DNA of 63,756 bases, the filler included, from Folioceros fuciformis (Eukaryota), in assembly GCA_049999805.1 (NCBI GenBank). It is 20 parts of 20 records of this genome, joined end to end, with 100 filler letters (N's around TTAATTAATTAA, not from the genome) between each part and the next. Parts side by side here need not be neighbours in the genome. Positions count along the whole stretch, not along the records: positions 1 to 16,198 come from JBNGIO010004499.1; positions 16,299 to 17,630 come from JBNGIO010004503.1; positions 17,731 to 33,163 come from JBNGIO010004505.1; 17 more parts are not named here. The stretch is one strand, 5' to 3'. A program made the position numbers and the translations under genes. Below, piece after piece: positions 13,099-25,324 of this stretch. The notes beneath the pieces are model-generated. The model had not been told where the DNA came from, ran no database searches, and saw only the letters and a list, made by a program, of their open reading frames with translations. Positions within the stretch are counted from its first letter, which is position 1; the number at the start of each line of letters is the position of its first letter.

Positions 13099-15473
13099 GT
13101 TTGTGGAATCTGCCGTTTAGATCTTGTACCATTCTGAGAATTTAATGAAACTCGTTCTGGATCGGTTCTTGGAAGGATCCATCAACTCGTTGCAGACAAA
13201 TTGTTTTGATTCCGTTGAACTGTCTTCCACCTTTAGGGGACTAGCACGCAAGAGTAGTCGGCATCCTACGGCAGTTCCAAACTGGCAGTTCAAACGGAAC
13301 TCTGTACCGCCAGGCACTGCCTTTTCGCACAGAGAATTTGTGGATTTCGTAGAAGACGTAGCACACGAGCTGAATCAAACGCTAGGGACAGCATAAATAA
13401 CCCAGATCGGAACCCGAGACAGGTGCTCAGGTGCCGAGCACGTCTGAATGACAGAAAACAAACGAGGCGACGCCGGCCGTGCCAACGTCAAATACGAGGC
13501 GGCAGGGCTGGGTCAGCACGACTAGAAAAGACGTCCGGTTGTACGCATATTTCTATTAGACGCTTGTCTCCGTGTTCCTTTTTCAACTTCGGCATGCACC
13601 GGTTTTTTTTCCTTTTTGAAATATCGACCTCCCGTCACCGTCGTTTTCGCACTGGGATCCGGAAGTTTCCCAACTCGTATCCGGACAGGGGACTAAAAGG
13701 TCATTAAAAGTCATTTTCGCACGGGGATTTGTGTTCAAAGCACTCTAAAGTTTCATGAGAGTGCAAGCTTCTAGCAAGGTCTAGGTTGGACTTAGTGGGA
13801 ATGGATGATATTTGTTTAGATCTGGGAAGGCGCCTGAAGTGGTGTCTTTTGCTTGGTCATGCTAGTGAGACGTGAGTGCGTGAAAGTTGTTGGGGCCCTT
13901 CACCCTCATCATCTTTGCCCTTTATGCCCTCCACCCAAGGTTGGGCACCCTCATTTTGCTAGACATTCAAGACTTCTTGGCTGTTAAGCCTTTTTTTTTC
14001 TAGATCTAAATTGGTCTAGTCATCTTTGATTGAGTCCTTACCTCTACCCCATAACTTTGCGCAAGAGTTCTATCAAGGATGGTCATCTTCAGTTGAGCCC
14101 TTACTTGTGCCCCATGACTTTGTGCGGAAGTTCTATCAAGGATGGTCCACTACCATTTTAGGGATTACTTTAGCTCAAAAAATTCTTTTAGTGTTTTCTC
14201 GAATTGTTCTCTTAGTAGTTGCAATAGCAAGAAGGAGACCTCGTTCTTGAAGTTGTTCTCTTAGTAGTTGCAAAGTAAGAAGGAGACCTTGTTCTGGATT
14301 TTTCAAGTGTTGGGGTTTAGTTACTTGTTGGCTATGGAGAAGCCCATCCACAAGGTTGTTGTATTATGATGGGGAAGTTCTTTTGGAGTTTATTAGTCCC
14401 AACATTGTTTTCCAAATTTAGAAGCAAATTTATGGGTAGACTAGCTCACATTAATATAGCTTTATTTCCCTAGGAGGTTATTAATCCCACATTAATGCAA
14501 CTTTATTTCTCTAGTGGGTTGTCAATCAGTTTCTCTTGGAGTCCCATTATTATTGGGTAGGGTTGTAAGTCGACATTAAAAATTGCTTTATCAAAGTTTG
14601 GAAGGCGACTATTTTCAACGAGCTTAGAAACATAGGTCAAAAGCTAGCCAAGCTAATCTCTTTCATACATGGGTTGAGGAGGAAGCATTGATAAGTAGAT
14701 TGAGCTAAGTAGACCAATAAGTTCATAAGTGAAAAATGGTAAGACTTGGAGTAGAGTCACAAAGGGCATATAATGGGTCTTGACAAGCTCTGGTGGTCTA
14801 TGTCAAGCTGAATGGAATCCGTACTCCAATTATGGCTAGCGAAGAGTGAGCTAGTTTGTCTCTATATAGGTAGAAAACCTTATTACATAAAAGCCATATA
14901 TAATGTATTTAGGCATTACTTAGGTATTTAGTTCCTTCTTTTTGGCATGAGGTTAGTGGCACACAATCAAGACAATAGGGCAATAGTGAGGCATTACTCA
15001 TTTCAATGTTAAGCCAAAGAAAACCCCTCATTTTTCGGTTCTCGGACTCTTTGAAATGCATGATTCTATATGATTGAGAAAACTAGATCTCCCAAACTTA
15101 TATAATATTAAATTGGGTGTCTAAGAAAACCCTAAAATATATCCTTTTCTTCATACACTTAATCCATTTTCAAATTACTCTCTATACTTGTTAAGAAAAA
15201 TAATTAAAGAAATAGACGAGAATTGCCCCTTTTAGCCTAGTCTTCAATTTATGTTAAAGGAACAGGACTTCAACTTAGCATACAAATTGTTCCAACTTGT
15301 GAAGACAGACTCCTGGTTTTACATTGCTCCTACATACAATTGTGTGCACTAGTGAAGTGTTCACATTCAAATTGATTGCTAGCAAACCAATTGAAAAAAA
15401 GGTTTGTGTATGTTTCATTCGATACTTCATAATGTAAAGATTTCATCCCCATCCTAGATTCTAATAACACTTA

Positions 15474-16026
15474 CTAGTAAAATCCGCAGTGCTTTGCAAC
15501 TATTTTTTATAATTGTGCTTGTAACATATGTAAATGTGTTACAAAAGTTTGCATAGAAAGCGACTTATCCTTTGAGGCAAAGCATACGAGGCTACGTCAT
15601 AACACATATTGTTATAAAGTCCTCTTTATTGTGACATATTATGAACATTATCCACAAATTGGTAGTATGCTTAGTCACAACTTTCGTTCAAAAGTGAAAA
15701 TGAAAGTGAGAATAATTAAATTGTTGTGATGCTTGTGGTGAGCACCAAGAGAAATCCCAGACATAATAAAACTATTGAATAGGAACCCAAGTGGTATGTT
15801 GGACCTTCTCATGGTCCGAGATTGTTATCATATTGTGTTCATTTCTAAGACCCATAAGCATCATACTCTTGAAGCCAAATGTCACGAGCCTTGTACCCTT
15901 ATGGGAGAGGTCAACTCAACCTTAATCAACTCACCATCAACAAAATAAGCCACCATGCCCTCTAACTTAGCCTTTTTACAATGGAGAAGAAGAAGTTTTT
16001 TTTTTCCCCACTATAACGGAGTTAGA
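15474..16026 (-). mobile_element. Non-autonomous Helitron (about 550 bp)
   Basis: Minus strand starts A|TCTAACTCC and ends tagttgcaaagcactgcggatttta-CTAG|T (subterminal hairpin, CTAG, A|T target). Confidence 0.55.
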
Positions 16027-16242
16027 TCTTGTTAAATATCTTATCTACCCGGGCTACGTTAGCTATTAGTTAAGTTTTTACTAGTTAGTTAATAGATGCT
16101 GAAAAGACACCACAGTTGGATAGGCATGCCCATGACAGTATTTAAAAATTCTTTTGTATCAAATTTATAACCTTCACCTTTTAATAGAAAATATAGTANN
16201 NNNNNNNNNNNNNNNNNNNNNNNNNNNNNNNNNNNNNNNNNN

Positions 16243-16254
16243 TTAATTAATTAA
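16243..16254. other. Artificial scaffold linker TTAATTAATTAA in a 100-bp N spacer (first of 19; others at 17675, 33208, 34648, 35961, 38485, 41072, 42487, 43892, 45300, 46672, 47976, 49307, 51219, 53483, 55563, 56887, 58225, 62069)
   Basis: Identical N44-12mer-N44 structure; stops in all six frames. Confidence 0.97.
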
Positions 16255-16298
16255 NNNNNNNNNNNNNNNNNNNNNNNNNNNNNNNNNNNNNNNNNNNN

Positions 16299-17229
16299 TG
16301 ATGATGAGCAACAACAAGACAACCAAGCAACACGTGAAGATTTGTTCAATAGAGATCACGCAGAAATAGAAATGCTTCTTTGTTAGCTGAGGGATTTACG
16401 ACTTGGCACAACAGGATTGACCCCTACTATGTCTGCGCAAGAATTTGTGCAAACATAGTAGGGGTTTTGATTATGAGGTGACAAATGCATGTGCTATCTT
16501 TTCTACTCCGGATGCAGATGATATATGGGCTTCTGTCCAACCTCTACCCGAAAATGAAGTTGTCGATGTCGAAAATTCTTTTGAAGAATATTATGAAGAA
16601 AGGCCTATTTTAGGTCGTGCTCAAGTAGAAGATGCACTTGGGGTGATACNNNNNNNNNNNNNNNNNNNNNNNNNNNNNNNNNNNNNNNNNNNNNNNNNNN
16701 NNNNNNNNNNNNNNNNNNNNNNNNNNNNNNNNNNNNNNNNNNNNNNNNNGCCTATTTTAGGTCGTGCTCAAGTAGAAGATGCACTTGGGGTGATACGCAT
16801 GTTTTTTGGAGCAACAACCAAATGATATATGATGTCTACAATTAGGAATTTGCAACAAATCGAGAAAGAAGTTTTAAAGTAAGTTAGGTCCTCTTTGAAA
16901 CAAGTAGAAATAATCCATTTTTTCAAGCTATTTTGAAGTTCATTTTTTTAATTTTATTCATTATAAATTTATATTATTATTAAATATACAATATATAATA
17001 ATATATTTTCAATAAATTTAATTATTTTATTTTTGATAAATACTTAAATTCTCTATATGTTACACCTCCTTAAATGTTACNNNNNNNNNNNNNNNNNNNN
17101 NNNNNNNNNNNNNNNNNNNNNNNNNNNNNNNNNNNNNNNNNNNNNNNNNNNNNNNNNNNNNNNNNNNNNNNNNNNNNNNNTTACCCAATGCCCTACTTCC
17201 AACAGGTAACATTTAGGGAGGGTGGACAG
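16299..17229 (+). mobile_element. 3' end of pogo/Tigger-like DNA transposon (transposase C-terminus and TIR)
   Basis: MSAQEFV...DDIWASV...acidic...AQVEDALGVIRMFF...KQVEIIHFF; subterminal cctccttaaatgttac (17065-17080) inverted at gtaacatttagggagg (17206-17221). Confidence 0.65.
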
Positions 17230-17340
17230 CTTCGGGTTTGCGGTGGCCGGTTGGCGGATCCCGACACGAAACGACATTGTAAAAGGGTGTGCTCGCAGTG
17301 GAGTACCTGCCGTGCCGTCCTGTCATAAAACATGGCTACC

Positions 17341-17347
17341 TATAAAA
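17341..17347 (+). promoter_or_regulatory. TATA box of the secreted-protein gene
   Basis: cTATAAAAg 44 bp upstream of gccATGg. Confidence 0.6.
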
Positions 17348-17384
17348 GAACACGTTAAGATGGCGACCGGGCGGCATCCCAGCC

Positions 17385-17630
17385 ATGGATACCTACGGGC
17401 GCGCTGGATTATATGTCGCGCTGTTGCTGCTGCTGGCCGCTTCGTCGAGGGCGGCCGAGAACTGCGGTCGTCAGGGTCGAAGTCGGCCGGTGCGCGTCTA
17501 CATCAGAAACTGGAGTCCTGCCTCGGGCATCACGTTGAGCCAGGGAGCGCTCTTCGATCGCAACGGCTCCTTCGTGCAGCTGATCGGGCCTGGCTTCCCC
17601 AGGGCCACCTCGGCGGGGGCCTTCCACAGC
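17385..17630 (+). CDS. Secreted protein, 3'-truncated; possible Cry34/aegerolysin/actinoporin-like beta-sandwich
   Basis: Signal peptide LYVALLLLLAASSRA; RPVRVYIRNWSPASGITL...NGSF; GC-rich codons; TATA and Kozak context. Confidence 0.6.
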
Positions 17631-17730
17631 NNNNNNNNNNNNNNNNNNNNNNNNNNNNNNNNNNNNNNNNNNNNTTAATTAATTAANNNNNNNNNNNNNN
17701 NNNNNNNNNNNNNNNNNNNNNNNNNNNNNN

Positions 17731-19016
17731 CCCTAGCAGCCTGATCCAGGAGGTCTGCTTGGGCTTGTACCATTGCAGCAGTCAATCCGGGTAAGTCCAG
17801 CTCAGGACCCACCTGGCCAATCCCAACAGCTGGGGACTTGCCATGTCGCGCACCAGCCACCCGTTCGCTTCCTTTCTCGTGCCTGCCTTGAGCAGTGCTT
17901 CCGCCGCTCCCGTTCCGCCACGCCTCTTTAGGGACTCCAACACCAGCCCCCCTTCCTCCTGTTGGTCGCACCCGTAGACCCTCCTGACCAACTCCAAGTT
18001 CTATTCCTGGGGTCTGCCTCTGATCCCCTCCTCGCGTACGGGCTCTATTAGCCTCAGGGCGAACTCCCTGACCAGCTGAGGTGCTGCATGGTTCCACTTC
18101 TGCGTCATAAAAGTCAAACCCAGCTCTGCCACCAATTTTCCTGCCCTGGCTCTCCAATGCTCCATGTTGGGCCACAGAAGCAAGGCGATTTGGGGGACAG
18201 GAGGTCCCCTCTCCTGTCTAGAGGGTGCTGCTCCAGGGATCAGTTCAGGTCGCGACCTCATCCTGGCTGCCCCCCCCCTCTCGCGCTCGGACTCAGAACT
18301 CTTCTGCCCTGGTCGCGCTCTGGCCCTTCCTCTGTTCGCCCAGATCCCTCCACCGCTCGCGCCTTGGAGNNNNNNNNNNNNNNNNNNNNNNNNNNNNNNN
18401 NNNNNNNNNNNNNNNNNNNNNNNNNNNNNNNNNNNNNNNNNNNNNNNNNNNNNNNNNNNNNNNNNNNNNGCCCTTCCTCTGTTCGCCCAGATCCCTCCAC
18501 CGCTCGCGCCTTGGAGGTCTTCCACTCCCCTGCGCTTGCTCGACCCTTACGCCCTGCGCCGTCTGTCGCGTCGTCCTGGCGCTTTCACCTTCCTCAGCCA
18601 CTTTACGCTTCACGTTACTCCCGCTCCCCACACTTTCGGATACTGGGCAAAGCTCCCCTTTCTCTAGGGTTTTTATACCCTGCCTGCTTCCTCCGCCCAT
18701 CGGGCTACCACCAGTCGTTCCTCCGGCGACGGTTGCCCTGTCGGCTACCATCGCCTCGTCGTCTCGGCCCTTACTTTGGCCTACATGAATGTTCCCAAGG
18801 ACTCGAGGGTTAGGGAGGCACTCGCTGCTCCCTCCTTCCTCCTTGTCCCGATCTCCAGTACACCCCCAAACCCCGAAGCCCAAGGTGGACTTTGGGTATA
18901 AACACCCTGGTCTTGCTCGCTTACTAAGCCGATTCGCCTGTCCCTTCACAAAAAAAATCACAACCTGCTCATTCTGTCGCTCAAAATGGGGATTCCGAAA
19001 GTTTTTTTCGTTCACA
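17731..19016 (-). mobile_element. GC-rich repeat/retroelement fragment with TG terminus inserted in Copia B gag
   Basis: Gag frame (YWLKQL) switches at TGTGAACG (19016) to unrelated sequence. Confidence 0.55.
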
Positions 19017-19197
19017 AGCTGCTTCAACCAATACACTTGAGAAGCCGCACTTTGCTTCTCATACAGGTCATACAACTTCTGCCATAGCTCGTAACTTGTG
19101 GTCTTGTCTTTCACATTGAAGTAAACGGACTTCAACAATGTTAGCATGATCGTAGACCTAGCAAGCTCATCTAGATCCTACCACTCATCCTAAGTCA

Positions 19198-22100
19198 TAT
19201 TAGAAAAGCTAGAGCCATTATGTCAAGTTAAGAATAAACGGTTTAGGTAGTTTTGCATTTCCAGTTTAGATGGTTAGGTAGACAGTTTAATAACCGTTCA
19301 ACATTTTGTATAAGACAGTTCGTTTTCCAGTAATCTATAACCTTTTTTGCTTGGCACTCGTGAGAACGTCTCAACAATGGCTCCCAAGAACACTTGTCGC
19401 CTTAGCCTGCTTACACTTTGATCCTAGCATAGCTATTCTCATAGCTTTTATGGTATCAGAGCCGGCTCAATGAGTTCTTGGCGAATGCGATGGGTGTCAA
19501 CGCATCCGATTCACCTTAAAGACATCACCTCACGATCATGATGCCAAGACGAAGATTTCCTACACTAGACACACAATCTTCCTTGACACGTCCATCTTCA
19601 ACTTGTTTGGACTAGGTTCTTTGTTCCTTTTGCAAATCTCTAGAGAAGAGGGTGACTTCGCCAACTCCCCGGAGTTATTCTGCACATCTTCCGTCGCCAA
19701 CACATGAATGCCAACACTGACATTCCGCCACAGCGTCCGTTCTTCACTGTGTGATCGGGAGAGGTTTACATTCGAAGAAATCCTCAACTCCAAGATGTTC
19801 GAACGAAGATAAAATTGCATCTCTTCACAGAGAGCTCTACACCCTACACATGCATGTAAGGGAGCAGGATGCATTCATCGAAAGGATATTTGAAAGCATC
19901 AAGGTTCTCCACTTGTCTTGTGTAGAACGTTTTAAGACAAATATCAAATCTGCTAGTCCTTCTCGAGCCAGAACACACATGCCTAGCACCATGTTCTAGT
20001 TCTTCCTTTGTTTATGACAGATAGCTTAGACTCTGAAGATGAAATTGAATTCAGGGACAAGGACAGGTTTAATGGCACAGACTACAACATTTGGGCTATG
20101 AGACTCACCCAAATCTTTGAGGAGAATGAGCTGCTGTCCATCGTGGATGGCACAAAACCTAAGGTGATGACACTTGCTAGAATGGCTGAAGAAATCCTAG
20201 CCGGGGAGCGTAAGGATAGACGTGCACGTTCCATACTCATTGCTGCCTTAGATAGAAATGTCATGCCACACACAATAGATGTGAAGACATCGGCATATGT
20301 GTGGAAAGTTTTTTAGTCAATATATTAGGATAAGAGTTCAGCGTCCCTTGTGCATGCGCACAGAGACTTTTTCAATTTGAGAATGCGGGACAATGAGCCT
20401 GCCGAGGCTTACATCAACAAGTTTAGGACTCTTCGTGCTAATCTTGTGTATTGTGGCACAATGCTGACGGAAGTACAAGCAGCGATAAGCATCTTGGCTT
20501 CACTTCCAGAGAGTTATCAGCACTTTGTTGGCAGTCAAAATGCCACAATACATGCAGCATTTGAGGCAGCAACATCTGGTCAGCCACCAAAGTAACTCTC
20601 GAGGAAGTAATTGGTGCCCTTATAATATATGAAGAGCGCACAAGGAGCTTTCACAAGAATAAGAATTTTACTTCCAACAACACAAGAGTACTCTTCACAT
20701 CAAGAGGATTAGGTGGCTTTTGTGGGCGTGGTTCCTACACAAACTCATAGCGTGATTTGACCACTAAGAAGACCTTTGTTTGCAACTGGTGCAAAATTCC
20801 TGGACATTATGAACGTGATTGCCGCAAGAAGAAGGGAGGTGAACCCAGACGTGATCATCCTCTAGACAGCAATATCACTACCGGCAAGGCTAAGCAGCCC
20901 ACCATCCTGGCAGTTTGTTTGTGATCCACACAAGTACAATCTGATACACGATTTCTTGATTCTGGAGCCACTAGTCATATTTGCTTCCACAGGCGTGCTT
21001 TCTCTTCTTTCACTCCAGCTGTAGATTCAAAACATTTTGTCTTATTAGGAGACGATGGTGGACTTTCCATCAAAGGCTCAAGCTCAGTCATTATTTCCTT
21101 GCCTAATTCTTCTAGACTAACACTCACAAATGTTCTTTATGTCCCTTCAATGACCAAGAAGTTGATGTTTGTTCTAAAGTTGTCACAAGAACATTATTGC
21201 CAAGGGTGCTTTGATCAGCAAGGGTGCTATGTCACAAGTACCAAGTTAGGGCATGATCTTTTCTCAGGCTCACCTTTTCATGACTTGTACCTTCTAAATG
21301 TCAAAAATGTGATCAGTGCCATTCAATCAGTTCATTCCACAAAAGTATCATCCACACAATTGTGGCACTGTCATCTTAGACATGTTAACTTTCAATGTCT
21401 CAGTTCCCTTGTCAAAGGTGAGAGTTATAGAGAGCCTTTGGAATTTTCTTTTGACATGAATGCCTTTTGTGAAGCCTGTTAGTTGAGTAAAGCTCATTTG
21501 CTGCCTTTCAAGGATGTGGCCCTTAGCCGTGCTGATAGCTTACTTCACATTGTGCACAATAACATATGTGGCCCCATGTCTACCAGCTCCTTTGGATGAG
21601 CAGACTATTTCCTAATCTTCATTGATGAATGGAGCAGATATTGTGTGGTTTACTTACTTTGACACAAGAGTGAGACTTTTGACTACTTCAAGTCTTATGT
21701 TTGCTATGCTCAATGCCAGACTACAAGTGAGGTCCGAATTTTGCAAATAGAAAATGGTGGTGAGTACACCAGTCATGCATTCACATCATTCTATGCACAG
21801 GAAGGGATCCTTCATCAGTTGACAGTCCCCTACACTCCAAAACAAAATGCCTTCTCAGAACGCAAAAACAGAACTTTACAAGAAGCTACTTTGGCTTCGC
21901 TATCTTTTGCTGGATTAACCCGTGGATATTGGGCCGAAGCTTTGATGGCCGTCAACTATGTGCAGAATTGATTGCCAACAAAGGAGCTTGGTCCCATAAC
22001 CCCATATGAGAGATGGACGGGCAAGAAGCCCTGAGTTCATCATCTATGAATGTTTGGTGCTCCTGCGTATGCGCTTGTACCTCCATCATTGCGTTCTAAG

Positions 22101-25100
22101 TTAGATCCTAAGGCATCGAGATATGTTTTTGTCGGCTACTTAGAAGAAGTGAAGGGTTACAAGTTGTTCAATCCTGGCACTCATCAACTTACCATATCTC
22201 GGAGTGTGGTTTTTCATGAAGCAGCTCTTCTTCGCCGTCACACTGCAACCTTGCTTTTGGATGCTACTCTTGTTCCTTCCTCTATTCACGACATCGAAGA
22301 TTTAGCACTTACAGATACTGATGAGATTAGTTTCTTTGACGATGAGGATGCTTCTCCTTCTTAGGAGCCAACAGGAATAGTTTCCACTTCTGATTATCAA
22401 GATGGTGAGGATGATAAGGTTTTGGATGTAATGCATCCTTCAACACCTTTGTTATCACTAGCAGGGCCTTGTGATGCAAGAGATTCTTCAGCTATGTCTA
22501 ACACAGATGTTTCTTCAGCTGAGCCTATTACCACACCTGTTGTAGAGAGTGACATTGGTGAGATAACTTCACCACCTTGTTGGTCAACCCGAATTCGTCG
22601 ACCTATGCATGAGTGGAAGGAGCCTCCCTATTCTGCACAAACAGNNNNNNNNNNNNNNNNNNNNNNNNNNNNNNNNNNNNNNNNNNNNNNNNNNNNNNNN
22701 NNNNNNNNNNNNNNNNNNNNNNNNNNNNNNNNNNNNNNNNNNNNGATCTGTAGGTCGGTACAAAGCTCGTCTAGTGGCCAAGGGCATAGTCAAATCCTAG
22801 GTCTTGACTACAATGAAACATTCGCTCCTATTGTCAAGTCTACTTCTGTCCGCATTCTGTTAGCCCTTGCACTTCATTACAATCTTCTCGTGCACCAACT
22901 GGACGTTAAAACAGCCTTTCTCAATGGCTTGTTGGAGGAAGACATACACATGACTCAGCTTGAAGGTTTCATCATCGACAAAGACAAAGTTTGCAAGCTT
23001 CTCAAAACCCTGTAAGGGCTCAAGTAGGCTTCACGAGCCTGGCATGAAGTTTTTCATAAGCTCTTGATGGAGGTTGGTTTCACTTGCCTGGATGCCAACA
23101 TTAGTGGCTACATCCTTTGGAATGGAGAAGACTTTTTTATTCTTATTTTTTATGTCGATGACAACTTCCTCTTCAGTAACTCTGCCACTCTTATGGCCAG
23201 AATCAAGTCAATCCTACTTTCTAAGTTTGACATGACTGACCTTGGTGAACTTACCTTCTCCCTTGGTGTCCAGTTTCATCTCAATTCGTCTGCAGGCAGC
23301 ATTGACATACATTGGGATCACTTTGTGCGATAGCTTCTCCAACATTTCAACATGCTTGATGCTAAACCAGTGGCAACTCCTATGTCTCTAGGTGAAAAGC
23401 TGTTAGTAGAACAGTGTCCCACCATTGATGAGAAGATAAAGGTCATGGCCCACATTCCCTACCGACAAGCTGTTGGCTCTTTGATCTACCTTTTTGGTTG
23501 GACTCGAATGGACATCACTCGTGCAGTGGGAGTTGTGAGTAAGTTCTTAGAGAGTATTGAGGCCCGTCTCATTGGACTACTGTCAAACGCATTTTTTGAT
23601 ATTTAAAAGGCACACCTCGCCTTGGCTTGCGTTTCTCCAAGTCCCACAATGGATTGGACCTTTCAGCTTATTGCGATGCGGATTGGGTGGGGGATCTTGA
23701 TACACGACAAAGCGTAGCTGCCTATTGCACTTTCATAGGCACATTAGCTGTTTACTGGTCCAGCAAGAAACTTTCCACCATATTTCTTTCTTCAACGGAA
23801 GCCGAGTGTGCAGCTATGACCCAAGCTTCCAAGGAGATCATATGGATACAAAGCTTCTCAATGGACTTCAGCAACCCCAGACAGCTCCTACTCCATTATA
23901 CTGTGACAATCAATTCGCCATCGCACTCTCAAGAAATCCAGTTTTCCATGCGAGGTCCAAGCACATCCAGATCAACCACGATTTCATTCATCAAGCAGCA
24001 GATTCAAGAGAGGTAACAATGTCATATGTTCCTACTACAGACAATGTTTCGGACCTTCTCACAAAGGCCCTGTCGAAACCACTACATGAAAAACATACTG
24101 CTTCTGCTGGTATTTGTGAGATTCATGTCGCTAACACTAAGGGCACTGCCCATTAGCTAGACTAGTGTTGCTAATCATCTAGTGGGAGCTTGTTTTGTTT
24201 CTTGAGTGTCTTCACCAGATCCTTTCTAGCTTCACCTGTTTTGGCAAACTCTTATGTCAAAGCTAGAAACCCACAGAGATGATAAGTTATTTGGCACCAC
24301 AACTCATCATCTGCTAATACTTGAACACATGTCGCTTACGTTTCTTTATTACTTGTCTTCTTCATGCTCTAAACAAACCTGGCAGGCTTGTATCCCCACT
24401 CTTTCTCCATGTATGTCTCGTCGTCAGAATCCACTGGAAGGGGGACCTTCATGTAGGCCTGCATTTCTTCAGGATTAGGCATTAGAGCTACCCATGCTAT
24501 GCCTGCCTTGCCCTTCTCTTCAGTCTCCTTGCAGGTCATCTTGTGGAAGTTGGCTGCTGGAGCTGCGCACACTTTTCCAGGGACGCCCTTATCGTCAAAG
24601 TTCTGGTCTCTTCTCGCCATCTTTCTTTTTGAGCTATCTAAAGGAAGTGGAGCACTAGCTAGAGACTCGAAGGAGATTATGTTAGAATCAAGGCAGTGCA
24701 TTGCATGCAAACATGACTGTCTTTTAGAGAACTTCCTAACAGGAATCCATATCCTATCACAACCTAGACACTTCAAGCCTTGTGTAACATCATCCATGGT
24801 TGATCACACAAGTCGACAACAAGCACACCTGCCAAAAGAAGAAGAAGAAGATATTGATCTACATAAGAAAGCAAGACACAAGGCTGTGAACACCAAGACA
24901 TTAGCTTTAGAGGACTCAAGACTGTCATAGCTCTATTTATAGCGAGCGTTTGAGAGTAATTGTGGAGAGTAACTCAGACATGAGTGGGAGTGTCACGATA
25001 TGCATGCAACCGTGCATCCGTCATCAGTACTTTTACAGGCTTTAATTTCCTCAGAATTGAAACATGCTTCAACTAAGTCGGAGTATTAGAAAAGCCAGAG

Positions 25101-25324
25101 CCGTTATGTCAAGTTAAGAATACACGGTTTAGGTAGTTTTGCATTTCCAGTTTAGACGGTTTAATAAGCGTTCAACATTTTTTATAAGACAGTTTGTTTT
25201 CCAGTAATCTATAACCTTTTTTGCTTGACACTCGTGAGGACGTTTCAACAATGGCTTCCAAGAACACTCGTTGCCTTAGCCTTCTCACACTTTGATCCTA
25301 GCATAGCTTTTCTCATAGCTTTTA
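19198..25324 (+). mobile_element. Copia A, full-length but decayed: LTRs 19198-19450 and 25084-25324, TSD AGTCA, PBS 19451-19462, gag-pol about 20014-24156
   Basis: Matching LTRs (12-bp indel); tRNA-iMet PBS; gag DRFNG, CNWCKIPGHYERDC knuckle, LDSGATSH protease, integrase, RT (QLDVKTAFLNG, YVDD), RNase H (DADW). Confidence 0.95.
24171..24797 (-). CDS. Antisense accessory ORF in Copia A 3' region (142 aa open; possible second exon 24171-24235)
   Basis: TATAAATA at 24934-24941 (minus), caaccATGg start, N-terminal CxxC...CxxxxHC; candidate intron 24236-24352. Confidence 0.55.

Noticed and set aside
16610-16800. Short duplications flanking 100-N gaps (also near 18330/18470, 36938/37083, 61180/61844)
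   Set aside because: Mostly unmerged contig overlaps or collapsed repeat copies
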